Shown: positions 29,295 through 39,251, counted from the stretch's first letter. The stretch: 64,000 nucleotides of DNA from an uncultured Armatimonadetes bacterium (GCA_963716175.1 OY970296.1:3520001-3584000), one strand, 5' to 3'. Notes: generated by a model from the sequence alone, not told the origin. Numbers and translations are program-made.

Positions 29295-30443
29295 GTGGAA
29301 GAGAAGCAGCTCTTGATGATCCCTGGCCCGACGCCGGTGCCGCAGTCCATCTTGCTGGCCGGGGCCAAACCGATGATCAACCACCGCGGCCCGGAGTTCA
29401 AGGCCGCCTTGGAGGAGTGCACCCAGGGCCTGAAGCGAGTCTTCCAAACCTCACATGAGGTCTATATCCTGACCGCCTCCGGCACCGGGGGCCTGGAGGC
29501 GGCCGTGGTGAACACGCTCTCGCCCGGCGATCCGGTGCTGTCCGTCAGCATCGGGGTGTTCGGCGATCGCTTCGCCACCATTGCCTCCACCTACGGCGCG
29601 AAGGTCGAGAAGCTGGACTTCGAGATGGGCACGGCCGCCGATCCGGCCAAGATTCGGGAGCGCCTCGCGGCCGACAAGAAGAAGGAGATCAAGGCTGTCC
29701 TGGTCACCCAGAACGAGACTTCCACTGGCGTGACCAATGACCTCAAGACCATCGGCAGCGTGGTGCACGAGCATGGTGCCCTCCTCTTGGTGGATGGCAT
29801 CAGCTCTGTGGTGGCGATGGACTGCCAGATGGACGCGTGGCACGTGGATGTGCTGGTCGCGGGCTCTCAGAAAGCCTTTATGATCCCGCCCGGGCTCTGC
29901 TTCATCGCCGTCAACGACCGCGCCCAGGCAGCGATGCAGCAGGCGAAGATGCCGCGGTTCTACTTCGACTTGGGCCAGGCGAAGCGGTACCTGGCCGAAG
30001 GGCAGACTCCGTGGACACCAGCCGTGCCCCAGGTGCTGCAGCTGCGGGAGGCCTTGAAGCTGCTGGAGAAGGAGGGGCTAAGGAACTGCATCGCCCGCCA
30101 CGCCAGGCTGGCAAGGGCTACTCGCGAGGGGGTGAAAGCCCTGGGCCTGAAGCTGCTCGCCGACGAGTCCTGCGCCAGCAATGCCGTCACCTCCGTGCGC
30201 AACCCGGAGGGAGTGGATGGCGCGGCCCTGCGCAAGGTGATGCGAGAGAAGTACGGCGTGGTGCTGGCCGGCGGACAGGGCGCCCTGCGCAATGATATCT
30301 TCCGCATCGGGCATCTCGGGTTGGTCAGCGAGACCGATATCATCGCGGTGCTGGGGACACTGGGCCTGGCGCTCAAAGAGCTGGGTGCAGAGGTGGATCC
30401 GGGGGCTGGAGTGACTGCCGCAGTGGCCGTGTTCGGGGGCTGA
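29295..30443 (+). CDS. Class V PLP aminotransferase (alanine-glyoxylate/serine-pyruvate family)
   Basis: LMIPGPTPVP, ASGTGGLEAA, NETSTGV, GSQKAFMIPPGL, FRIGHLG. Confidence 0.92.
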   Translation: MEEKQLLMIPGPTPVPQSILLAGAKPMINHRGPEFKAALEECTQGLKRVFQTSHEVYILTASGTGGLEAAVVNTLSPGDPVLSVSIGVFGDRFATIASTYGAKVEKLDFEMGTAADPAKIRERLAADKKKEIKAVLVTQNETSTGVTNDLKTIGSVVHEHGALLLVDGISSVVAMDCQMDAWHVDVLVAGSQKAFMIPPGLCFIAVNDRAQAAMQQAKMPRFYFDLGQAKRYLAEGQTPWTPAVPQVLQLREALKLLEKEGLRNCIARHARLARATREGVKALGLKLLADESCASNAVTSVRNPEGVDGAALRKVMREKYGVVLAGGQGALRNDIFRIGHLGLVSETDIIAVLGTLGLALKELGAEVDPGAGVTAAVAVFGG

Positions 30444-30446
30444 GGG

Positions 30447-32045
30447 ATGGCACGGACGTGGCGGGTTCTGGTCAGCGACCAGCTCTCCGAGGAAGGGCTT
30501 GCCGCCCTACGGGGCGATAACCAGGTCGAGGTGGTGGTGAAGACCGGCCTGGCGCCCGAGGAGCTGAAGCAGGAGATCGCCGAGGCCCATGCGCTGCTGG
30601 TGCGGAGCGCGACCAAGGTTACGGCAGAGGTGATCGCGGCCGGGGCAAAGCTGATGGTGATCGGGCGCGCCGGGGTGGGAGTGGACAACATTGACGTGCC
30701 GGCCGCCACCCGCCGCGGCATCGTGGTCTGCAACTCCCCCGAGGGCAACACCGTGGCCGCCGCCGAGCACACCTGGGCCCTCATCCTGGCGCTCGCCCGC
30801 AGCATTCCCGCGGCCAGCGCCTCGGTGGCCGCGGGTGAGTGGAAGCGCAGCGCCTTCATGGGTGTGGAGCTGTTCAACAAGACCCTGGGGGTCATCGGGC
30901 TGGGCAAGATCGGAAGAGAAGTCGCCCTGCGCGCCGCCGCCTTCGGCATGAGGGTCGTAGCTGACGATCCCTTCGTCTCTGCCGACCAGGCCGCTCGCCT
31001 GGGGACGGAGATCGTGGCGCTCCCGGAACTGCTGGCACGCTCCGATTTCATCACCATCCACGTGCCCCTCAATCGCGATACGCGGCATCTCCTGGATGCG
31101 GCTGCGCTGGCTCAGGTCAAGCCCGGGGTGCGCATTATCAACTGCGCGCGAGGAGGCATTGTGGACGAGGCCGCCCTGGCGCGGGCCATCAAGGAGGGGC
31201 GAGTGGCCGGGGCGGGCCTGGATGTGTTCGAGAAGGAGCCGCCGGCCGATAGCTCGCTGCTAGGCCTGAGCAATGTGGTGCTCACCCCGCACTTGGGCGC
31301 CTCCACCGAGGAAGCGCAGCTCAAGGTGGCGGTGGACGTGGCGCAGCAGGTGCTGGACGTGCTGCATGGGAGGCCGGCGCGGAGCGCGGTCAACGTGCTG
31401 CCTGTCAGCGCCGAGTCCATGCGCACGCTGGAGCCCTACCTCCCGCTCGCCGAGAAGATGGGGCGGCTTCAGGGCCAGCTCGCGGAGGGTCCGCTCACTG
31501 TGGTGGAGCTGATCTATGCGGGCCAGTTAGCGGAAGAGGACTCCCGGCTGCTCACTCCGGCATTTCTGAAGGGGATGCTGGAGCCCGTCCTGGATGAGCC
31601 GGTCAACCTGGTGAACGCGGCCCTGGTGGCTCAGGCGCGAGGCATCAGGGTAGTCGAGTCTCGCAGCCGCGAGGCGGAGGACTTCGTCAGTTTGATCACC
31701 TCGCGAGCCAGTACGGAGGAGGCGGAGCGAGTGATCGCCGGGACTCTGTTCGGGCGGAGCGAACCCCGCATCGTGCTGATGGACCGCTACCGCGTGGACT
31801 TTGTTCCCTCCGGCTATATGCTGGTCTCGATGCACATTGATAAGCCCGGCATCATCGGCAAGGTCGGCACGCTGCTGGGCCAGCATAGCATCAACATCGC
31901 CGGCATGCAGGTAGGCCGGGGCCAGCCCAAACCTGGCGGGCTGTCGGTGATGGTGTTGGCCCTGGACAACCCGGTGCCGCCCGAGGTCCTGGCCCAGTTG
32001 CGTCAGGTGGATGGGATCACCACCGCGGCACTGGTAGAGCTCTGA
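30447..32045 (+). CDS. serA: D-3-phosphoglycerate dehydrogenase (type I, with ASB and ACT domains)
   Basis: VRSATKV, GRAGVGVDNID, AAEH, TPHLGASTEEAQ, C-terminal DKPGIIGKVGTLLG..INIA. Confidence 0.95.
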   Translation: MARTWRVLVSDQLSEEGLAALRGDNQVEVVVKTGLAPEELKQEIAEAHALLVRSATKVTAEVIAAGAKLMVIGRAGVGVDNIDVPAATRRGIVVCNSPEGNTVAAAEHTWALILALARSIPAASASVAAGEWKRSAFMGVELFNKTLGVIGLGKIGREVALRAAAFGMRVVADDPFVSADQAARLGTEIVALPELLARSDFITIHVPLNRDTRHLLDAAALAQVKPGVRIINCARGGIVDEAALARAIKEGRVAGAGLDVFEKEPPADSSLLGLSNVVLTPHLGASTEEAQLKVAVDVAQQVLDVLHGRPARSAVNVLPVSAESMRTLEPYLPLAEKMGRLQGQLAEGPLTVVELIYAGQLAEEDSRLLTPAFLKGMLEPVLDEPVNLVNAALVAQARGIRVVESRSREAEDFVSLITSRASTEEAERVIAGTLFGRSEPRIVLMDRYRVDFVPSGYMLVSMHIDKPGIIGKVGTLLGQHSINIAGMQVGRGQPKPGGLSVMVLALDNPVPPEVLAQLRQVDGITTAALVEL

Positions 32046-32116
32046 CTGCGACTTCCCGACTCGTCTCTGCGCTGGCGGGGGAACATGAGGGGTGCCATCC
32101 GTGCTGGGATGCTCAG

Positions 32117-32884
32117 ATGAAGATCCTGATCACCAACGACGACGGCATCGTCGCCCCCGGGCTGCTCGCGCTCCGTGCGGCCCTGCTGGAGATGGGAGAG
32201 GTCATCGCCATCGCCCCCGATCGTCCCCGCAGCGCCTGCGGTCACGCCGTCACCCTGCACAAGCCCCTGCGGCTGAACCGGGTGGAGCTGCCGGATGGCG
32301 GCGAGGGCTTCGCCTGCAATGGCACGCCCTCCGACTGCATCGCGCTGGGGGTGAGCGAGGACCTCGGCGGCCCGCCCGACCTGGTGGTCTCGGGGATCAA
32401 CGGCGGCCCCAACCTGGGGTGGGACCTGACCTACTCCGGCACGGTGGCGGCGGCGATGGAGGGGGTGATCTGCGGAGTACCCAGTATCGCGATCAGCGTG
32501 GCGTCCCACACGGTCAGCGATTTTGGCCCCGCCGCTCGGTTCGCGCGCTACCTCAGCGAGGAGGTGGTCAGGCACGGCCTTCCCCAGGAGGTTTTCCTCA
32601 ATGTGAACGTGCCGCCGGTGCGGGCCGAAGAGATCCAGGGCGTGGCCATCACCCATCAGGGACGGCTGATCTACGAGAACCGCATCGAGCGGCGCACCGA
32701 TCCCCGGGGCCGGGATTACTTCTGGTTCACCGGCGACCGGGTCGAGCACCGGGGCCAGCCCGGCAGCGATATCGAGGCCGTGGCCCGGAATCGCATCTCC
32801 ATCACGCCCCTCCGCCTTGACCTCACCGACCACACCAGGCTGGCGCACCTGCGAGCCTGGGAACTGGAGTGGCCCCCAGGGTAG
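32117..32884 (+). CDS. surE: 5'/3'-nucleotidase SurE
   Basis: ILITNDDG, GTPSDC, VVSGINGGPNLG, YSGTVAAAMEG. Confidence 0.96.
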   Translation: MKILITNDDGIVAPGLLALRAALLEMGEVIAIAPDRPRSACGHAVTLHKPLRLNRVELPDGGEGFACNGTPSDCIALGVSEDLGGPPDLVVSGINGGPNLGWDLTYSGTVAAAMEGVICGVPSIAISVASHTVSDFGPAARFARYLSEEVVRHGLPQEVFLNVNVPPVRAEEIQGVAITHQGRLIYENRIERRTDPRGRDYFWFTGDRVEHRGQPGSDIEAVARNRISITPLRLDLTDHTRLAHLRAWELEWPPG

Positions 32885-32938
32885 AATGAGTGAGATCGGC
32901 GCTCGTTTCCCGCCGCACCATGGCCGGAAAGCTCCGAC

Positions 32939-33859
32939 GTGCCCAACTTCGAGCCTGCTTACCTGTCCTTGGACCCGGAAGCCCTGGCCGCACGCGTGCG
33001 CGAACTGCGGGAGCTGATGGGCGACTGTCAGCTCTGCCCGCGGCGGTGCGGGGCCGACCGGCTGGCCGGGCAGGTCGGCGCCTGCGGTGTGGGCGCAGAG
33101 CCGGTGGTCTCCAGCTACGGGCCCCACTTCGGCGAAGAGGCCCCTCTGGTGGGGCGGGCCGGCTCTGGCACGATCTTCCTCACGCGCTGCAACCTGGGCT
33201 GCATCTTCTGCCAGAACTACGACATCTCACAGCTTGGCCATGGCCGCACCGTAACTTGCCAGGCCCTGGCCGAGATGATGCTGGAGCTGCAAGCGCGGGG
33301 CTGCCACAACATCAACTGGGTCACCCCCACCCATCAGGCCCCGATGCTGGTGCAGGCGCTGCAGATCGCTCGGGACAGGGGTCTGCGGGTCCCGATCGTC
33401 TACAACTGCGGGGGGTATGAATCGCTGAGCGCGCTCCGCCTGCTCGACGGCATCGTTGACATTTACATGCCAGACGCGAAGTACGGAGACAACGCGGCGG
33501 GAAAGCAGTTGTCAGGTGTGCCGGGCTACTGGGACCGCAACCGGGAAGCGCTGGCCGAGATGCACCGCCAGGTGGGTGACCTGCAGACCGACCGTCTCGG
33601 CATCGCCACCCGCGGGCTGCTGGTGCGCCATCTCGTGTTGCCCGACAACCTGGCCGGAACCGCGGCGGTGATGGAGTTCCTGGCCGGCTTGAGCCGTGAC
33701 AGCTATGTGAATGTGATGGCCCAATATCGCCCGCAATACCGGGCGCGGGAGGTAACCGCGATGGCGCGGCCCATCGCCTCGGGGGAGTTCCGCGAGGCGG
33801 TGCAGGCGGCGCTCGCGGCGGGCCTGCATCGCCTGGATGAGCGGTGGGCGCTGCGGTGA
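32939..33859 (+). CDS. PflX-like radical SAM protein
   Basis: CQLCPRRC, HFGEEAPL, CNLGCIFCQNYDIS, HNINWVTP, VRHLVLP. Confidence 0.88.
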   Translation: MPNFEPAYLSLDPEALAARVRELRELMGDCQLCPRRCGADRLAGQVGACGVGAEPVVSSYGPHFGEEAPLVGRAGSGTIFLTRCNLGCIFCQNYDISQLGHGRTVTCQALAEMMLELQARGCHNINWVTPTHQAPMLVQALQIARDRGLRVPIVYNCGGYESLSALRLLDGIVDIYMPDAKYGDNAAGKQLSGVPGYWDRNREALAEMHRQVGDLQTDRLGIATRGLLVRHLVLPDNLAGTAAVMEFLAGLSRDSYVNVMAQYRPQYRAREVTAMARPIASGEFREAVQAALAAGLHRLDERWALR

Positions 33860-35034
33860 CGACCTCTCCGCCCACCAACCCGCAGCTCTCGGGTCCTTCG
33901 ACCGTCGCCTATCTCATCTTCCTGCTCTGGCTCGAGCTGGGATACGCGGTCGCTCTCGCGATTCTCCCGGGCCTTTCCTGGCGGGCCGCGCTCTGGCAGG
34001 GGGCAGTGTGCGTGGCGGCGATCATCCCGTTGCTGCTGGCGGTGGTGGAGGTCGTCGCTATTCCCAAGAGGCTGGGCCGGGTACCAGCCGCGGTGATGAG
34101 AGCGATCTGGACCCTCGGGGGCCTGGCCGAGCTGATGCTGCCGTGGCTGGGGTGGGCGGCTGTGTTGTGGCTGATCAACCGCGGCGCGCTTTCCTGGCCA
34201 GTCGCATTCCGGTCTGGCGCAGGCATTGCCATGTTCTCCTATCTGACCGGTGCTGGGTTGGTCTTGTGGTTCCGGCCCCGGCCCGAGCAGGTACAGCTCT
34301 CATCCCTCGAGATCCCGATCCCAGGGCTGCCTCCGGAGTTCGAGGGATACCGCATCCTCCACCTCTCCGACCTCCATATCGGCAGTTCGGCTGCTGTGGC
34401 CGACTTGGGCCGCCGCCTGGCCAAGGCGGCCTCACTGCGCCCAGACCTGACAGCCTTCACCGGGGATCTGGCCGAGACGCCCAGCTTGGCTGACCGGGCG
34501 GCCGAGGTACTGTCTGCACTCGCCGCGCCCGATGGGGTGGTGGCGGTGCTGGGCAACCACGACATCTGGGCCGGGGAGAAGCGCGTCCGCGGCGCCCTCG
34601 AAGGGCGAGGGGTGAGGGTGCTGGTGAACCAGCACACTGCGATCTCCCGCGGTGGCGCCAGCATCTACCTCGCGGGCGTCAACGATGCCTCCTACACGGG
34701 TCGCGACGATCTGGACGCCGCCCTGGCGGGGATTCCGGCAGGCGCGCCTGTGATTCTGCTCAGTCACGCCCCGGTCATCATCCGGCACCCCGCGATTGAC
34801 CGTGTCGCTCTGGTGCTCTCGGGCCACACTCATGGCGGCCAACTCGTGCTTCCCTGGATCGGCGCCCTGTATGTCCCGTCGCGGCTCGGGCGGCGTTACG
34901 CCTCCGGGCTGCATCGGATCCCGAGCGGATGGCTGTTCATCACTCGTGGGCTGGGCGAAGTCTTTCCACCCATGCGCATCGCCTGTCCGCCCGAGATCGC
35001 ACTGCTCACCTTGCGGTCAGCGCCTTCGGATTGA
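33856..35034 (+). CDS. Membrane-anchored metallophosphoesterase (YkuE/YaeI-like)
   Basis: N-terminal TM helices; SDLH, TGD, GNHD, LSH, SGHTHGGQ, RGLG. Confidence 0.88.
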   Translation: MTTSPPTNPQLSGPSTVAYLIFLLWLELGYAVALAILPGLSWRAALWQGAVCVAAIIPLLLAVVEVVAIPKRLGRVPAAVMRAIWTLGGLAELMLPWLGWAAVLWLINRGALSWPVAFRSGAGIAMFSYLTGAGLVLWFRPRPEQVQLSSLEIPIPGLPPEFEGYRILHLSDLHIGSSAAVADLGRRLAKAASLRPDLTAFTGDLAETPSLADRAAEVLSALAAPDGVVAVLGNHDIWAGEKRVRGALEGRGVRVLVNQHTAISRGGASIYLAGVNDASYTGRDDLDAALAGIPAGAPVILLSHAPVIIRHPAIDRVALVLSGHTHGGQLVLPWIGALYVPSRLGRRYASGLHRIPSGWLFITRGLGEVFPPMRIACPPEIALLTLRSAPSD

Positions 35035-35060
35035 CACTCGGAAGCCGGACCCGATATACT
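35031..35060 (+). promoter_or_regulatory. sigma70 promoter of tRNA-Ser
   Basis: TTGACA-18 nt-TATACT, 6 nt upstream of the tRNA. Confidence 0.65.
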
Positions 35061-35066
35061 TCAAAC

Positions 35067-35152
35067 GGAGAGATGGCCGAGTTGGTCGAAGGCGCACGAC
35101 TCGAAATCGTGTAACCCGTAAGGGTTCGGGGGTTCGAATCCCTCTCTCTCCG
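35067..35152 (+). tRNA. tRNA-Ser (CGA)
   Basis: GGAGAGA/TCTCTCC acceptor stem, anticodon arm CACGA-CTCGAAA-TCGTG, long variable arm, TTCGAAT T-loop, discriminator G; CCA not encoded. Confidence 0.95.
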
Positions 35153-35197
35153 CGGTGTTCTCATTCGGCGAGCTTCGCCCGCAGGAGGAGGTGCAAG

Positions 35198-35473
35198 ATG
35201 GTGCAGGTTGATTTCGACATGCTCGTTTTCCGTGAAGGCGAGTCCTACGTCGCCTACTGCCCTGAGTTGGATGTATCCTCCTGCGGCCACGATGTGGACG
35301 AAGCGCGCGCCAATCTGAAGACTGCAGTGCGGCTGCTTGTCGAGGAAGCAAACAGACTCGGCACTCTGGATCAGGTGCTGCAGGAGGCGGGGTACATCGC
35401 GGATGGCAAAGGTGGGTATTCATCTCCTCGCCTGGTGGCGACTGAAAGCGCGTCGGTCGCGGTCGGAGGGTGA
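35198..35473 (+). CDS. hicB: HicB family antitoxin (short form)
   Basis: 'YVAYCPELDVSSCGHDVDEARANLKTAVRL' HicB N-terminal pattern; AGGAGG RBS. Confidence 0.8.
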   Translation: MVQVDFDMLVFREGESYVAYCPELDVSSCGHDVDEARANLKTAVRLLVEEANRLGTLDQVLQEAGYIADGKGGYSSPRLVATESASVAVGG

Positions 35474-35706
35474 CATTGCCGCGGCTGTCGCCGATTCCGG
35501 GCCGGCGTCTGCGCCGGGTCTTCGAGCTGGCTGGATTCGTCTGCGTGCGGACAGAGGGCGATCACTTCGTGCTCACGAAACTGGGGCTGCCTCGGCCGCT
35601 AGTTATCCCGGACTACGATGCAGTGCCTGTCTTCGTGATTCGAAACAACCTCCGAACAGCAGGCCTTTCCCGCGAGGAGTACTTCCGCCTGCTCGAAAGC
35701 ACATGA
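35470..35706 (+). CDS. hicA: HicA family mRNA interferase toxin
   Basis: 'GFVCVRTEGDHFVLTK...LVIP...IRNNLRTAGLSREEY'; GTGA overlap with hicB. Confidence 0.8.
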   Translation: MTLPRLSPIPGRRLRRVFELAGFVCVRTEGDHFVLTKLGLPRPLVIPDYDAVPVFVIRNNLRTAGLSREEYFRLLEST

Positions 35707-36095
35707 CCCGGCGCGATGCCGAGCTGGCGCAGGCGGATGTGGTGGCGAAGCACCGGCAATTCCCGCCCGGCGACAGGTTCCTCCCGCAGGTGCAGGAGGC
35801 CGGAGGGAGGAAGCGGCTGCGGCCGAGTCAGGGGCGCAGCAGTACAGGGCACCGGGGAAGCTCGGAGGGGTCGCGAGGCGGAAAGAGAGGGCCCGGTCCC
35901 AGTATCCGTTGAGCTAGAGGGGGTAAAGCTCAAGGACGTGCCCGGGCCGGGCCCCGCATGCCTGTGCGCCGGCCTCATGCTGTACTCGGGAAGGTGCTCA
36001 ACGTGGTGCGCACAAGCGGGGTCAGTGTACCACACACATCGCGTCAGCGAACCATCGTTTCGCTATGAGAAAAACCGCCGCAGCCTGGGCCCAGG

Positions 36096-37847
36096 TCACG
36101 GCAAGCCGTCGGCGATGCGCTCCTGCCAGCCGGGCACCAGGAGGCGGGAGATGGCACCGGCTGCCGAGCGAAGCAGCGGGAGCCAGCGACGGATGTTCAC
36201 CTCCGTGAAATCCTGTATCACCGCCGTCAGCGCTACTGCGCCAACTACCGCATTGTCGGGAGTGCTAAGAGGCACGGCCACGGCGCCTATGCCAAGGTCG
36301 GACTCTTCCAGGTTCAGCGCGTACCCTCGCTCCCGCACCAGGGCAAGCTCACGTCGAAGCTGCTGCGGAGACTTGATAGTCTTTGGAGTCCGCGACGACA
36401 AACCGTCCTGTAGGTAGCTTTCTATGCTTGCCCTGGACTGGGCCGCCAGGCAGCACTTCCCACCTGCCGTGGCGTGCAGAGGCGGGAAGGTCTCCTCGTC
36501 AGCGCTCAGCCGCACCGGACCGCTCGGATGGACAACCTGCAGGTCCATGGGCCACCGCCCAGTTGCGTCTGCGACGGTAATCCTGGCGACTGCCCCGGTC
36601 GCGTCGACCAGCTCCTGCAAGACGGCGCGAGTCAGCTCACTCAGGACGGCGGCGGAGCGGAGGAAACGGGCAATGGGCAGGAAACCCAGCGGGTCCGGCC
36701 GGTAGCCTCTTCCGGGCGCATCCCGCGCCACGATACCCTCCTGCTCCAGGGTTCGCAACAGCCGCCGCGCGGCCGGCTCAGGGAGAGCGCGTATGCGCGC
36801 GGCCTCGCCCGCGGTGAGGCCTTCCGGCACCACGAGCAGCAGTTCGATGAGGCGCATCGCGCGGGCAACCGAACGAACTGCCGGCAAGGGACCGTCGCCG
36901 AACCCCGGGTCAGGGGTATCCGGGAGTGGTATCCCCTTCGGCCTGCGCCAAGCGGAAGCCCTCACTCGGGACAGCCACCACTCGTAGCTGAGGAGGGCCG
37001 AAATGGCGTCCGCCGACTGCTGCAAGTGCGCCACCAGTTGTGAGGTGTCAGCGCGTGGAGGGAAGACATCTGCGTAGGCCAGGGCCAGCGCTCCCTTCAC
37101 CTCTCCTGACGCTGCGCGCAGGGGAACGGCCACGCCGGCGGACTGCATGGTGGCCTCCTTGTTGTTGAGGGCATAGCCTTGCTCTCGGATCCGCCGGAGT
37201 TCCTTCCTCAGTCTGGAGGGTGAAGTGATGGTGCGAGGGGTCATGCTCTCAAGACCAGGCCTGATGTAGTCCTCCAGTTGCTGCTCAGACAGGTGGGCGA
37301 GGTAGCACTTGCCGGAGGCTAGCGCATGTAGGGGTTCCGGGGGCCGCTCGGAGAGGTCCAATCGAACAGCAGTGTGGGGCAGAGACATCATGGTTGCAGT
37401 GCAGGTGCGGCTGGTGCGGTCAGGACAGAACAGGGCAGCTGTAGCGCCTGTGCGCGCAGCTAGCTCGTCCAGTATGCCCTTTGCTGCATCGGCGAAGTCG
37501 AGCAAGGGAGAAGCGAACGCCGCGAGGCGGACCATGCCGGCCGGATTCCTGGCATAGCGCTTCGTATCGACATCCTGGACGACCACGCCCTCAGTCATGA
37601 GCGTGCGGAGCAGCCGCACGAGTGTCGGCTTGTGCAGCCCGAGCTCCAATGACAGCTGGGCGAGCGACTGCGGCTGCCGATGGCTCGTGAGCACGCGCAG
37701 GATGCGCATCGCACGAGCGGCAGACTGGACAGTACCGTCTCGTGCGCTCTTGGGGCTGTCTTGCGGCCGCTCTGATGATGTGCGTGACGTGGCAGGCACC
37801 TCACGTGGACCCAAACGGTGCTGTTCGCATCTGTTCGCCGATGCCAA
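36096..37847 (-). CDS. Tandem double IclR-family transcriptional regulator
   Basis: Two full HTH plus effector units: VQSAARAMRIL...LHALASGK...GYAL...VAVPL and VRSVARAMRLI...LHATAGGK...GYAL...VAVPL. TTG start with AGGAGG. Confidence 0.85.
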   Translation of the reverse strand: MASANRCEQHRLGPREVPATSRTSSERPQDSPKSARDGTVQSAARAMRILRVLTSHRQPQSLAQLSLELGLHKPTLVRLLRTLMTEGVVVQDVDTKRYARNPAGMVRLAAFASPLLDFADAAKGILDELAARTGATAALFCPDRTSRTCTATMMSLPHTAVRLDLSERPPEPLHALASGKCYLAHLSEQQLEDYIRPGLESMTPRTITSPSRLRKELRRIREQGYALNNKEATMQSAGVAVPLRAASGEVKGALALAYADVFPPRADTSQLVAHLQQSADAISALLSYEWWLSRVRASAWRRPKGIPLPDTPDPGFGDGPLPAVRSVARAMRLIELLLVVPEGLTAGEAARIRALPEPAARRLLRTLEQEGIVARDAPGRGYRPDPLGFLPIARFLRSAAVLSELTRAVLQELVDATGAVARITVADATGRWPMDLQVVHPSGPVRLSADEETFPPLHATAGGKCCLAAQSRASIESYLQDGLSSRTPKTIKSPQQLRRELALVRERGYALNLEESDLGIGAVAVPLSTPDNAVVGAVALTAVIQDFTEVNIRRWLPLLRSAAGAISRLLVPGWQERIADGLP

Positions 37848-38243
37848 ACATACCTCCTAGTCACACTCGCGAGAGGCCTTGGGGGGCGCGGGCAGCAGGA
37901 GGGAGGAAACGGCCGGGCTGATTGGTGGTGTCAGGAACAGAGAGCCAGGCCCCCGCCTCCGCCGCTCCGCTAGCTGAGGCTGATGGCAGGCCTGGCTCTC
38001 AAAACGTGTCACATCCCGAAATGGCGATGAGGGCGCGGTCGCGGGCGCCCTCATGGCAGCTTTACTCCGCTGTCTGCGCGGCTATTCCTGCAGCAATGCG
38101 GGCAGAGGGAAGCTCTGCACGCGTTCCCACGGCCGCAGGTCCATGGGGACGGCGAGGACGGCAGGAGGGAGGAAGCGGCTGCGGTAATGAGACGGTTGGC
38201 AGGTCGGCGCACAAACGGCGGCGCGATAGAGGGAAGACGGGGG

Positions 38244-39233
38244 ATGGCCGAGTCCGGGTGGTCTAGCGAGGACATGAGACACGCAATCAACCTCGGAGGC
38301 TACTACCTGGAAGCCGGTCTACGGGACTTCGGCGAATGGTCGGAGCAGATGGTGGAGGACGCGGGTGAGGAGATACGGCCCTACTTGCGGCTGGTATGGA
38401 CGGAAGCCAGCAGGCAGGTAGAGGAAGCGTATAGCGCACAAGGGGCGTCGGCCAGTGGTGCAGCGCAGGATAGGGTGGCTTTCTGCGTGATATGCGGGCG
38501 GCCTTGCGGTGAGGGGATGGAGGTCTGCCCCGACTGCGGCAACAGGACAAACCTCAGCGCGGGAGAAGGGGAGTTGCCTAACGGCGGCGAGGCGACCGCG
38601 ACAGAGACGACTGAGACGGGGCCTAGCCGCGAGGCGTGGGAGCTCGTCCTTCGCGAGGCGCGACGGCACAAGAAGCCGTGGCTGGCGTTCGTCCTGGCGC
38701 TTTGTCTCGGTCCTCTGGGCGTCTTCTACATAGGCGCCAATTTCGGCTTGAGCGCAGTTGTTGTGTGGGGCATACTGGCTGCCCCCGCCGCCATGTGGGC
38801 TCCTTCATGGCATTGGATGGTCTGGGTCGCCAATCTTCTCTTGGCCATTCACGCAGCCGACCTCGCGCAGAAGCGGAATGCGCTACTCTCGGCCTCGCTG
38901 CTGATAATGGCTGAAGCCCCGACCAGCGAGGAACTCGCAGGCGTCTTCAACTTCTGGTCGGGACCGTATGCAATCACGACGCTTGCAAACGAGTTCCTAC
39001 CCTCTGCTGCCTTCTGGATGACTCTCGTCGAGATGGTTCGCCAGGGCATAGGGCTGTTCCGCGAACATGCTGTGGGAGCGGGAGTATTCGTACTGGTGCT
39101 ATCCCCAATTGTCGCCCTGGTCGCCACCTGGTTCTACGGCCTTATCGGCGGCATCGTTGCTCTCCTGGGCACCGGGATTCACTGGCTCGCCGCCAAGCTG
39201 AGTCGGCAACCGTTGTGGTTCCCGGACGCGTGA
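38244..39233 (+). CDS. Hypothetical membrane protein with a zinc ribbon and TM2-like region
   Basis: CVICGRPC...CPDCG, KKPWLAFVLALCLGPLGVFYIG and several TM helices. Confidence 0.65.
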   Translation: MAESGWSSEDMRHAINLGGYYLEAGLRDFGEWSEQMVEDAGEEIRPYLRLVWTEASRQVEEAYSAQGASASGAAQDRVAFCVICGRPCGEGMEVCPDCGNRTNLSAGEGELPNGGEATATETTETGPSREAWELVLREARRHKKPWLAFVLALCLGPLGVFYIGANFGLSAVVVWGILAAPAAMWAPSWHWMVWVANLLLAIHAADLAQKRNALLSASLLIMAEAPTSEELAGVFNFWSGPYAITTLANEFLPSAAFWMTLVEMVRQGIGLFREHAVGAGVFVLVLSPIVALVATWFYGLIGGIVALLGTGIHWLAAKLSRQPLWFPDA

Positions 39234-39251
39234 CAGGAATGGCCTAGGCGT

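Noticed and set aside
35716-36417. 233-aa plus-strand ORF after hicA
   Set aside because: Low-complexity translation that overlaps the IclR gene on the opposite strand; no recognisable domain.
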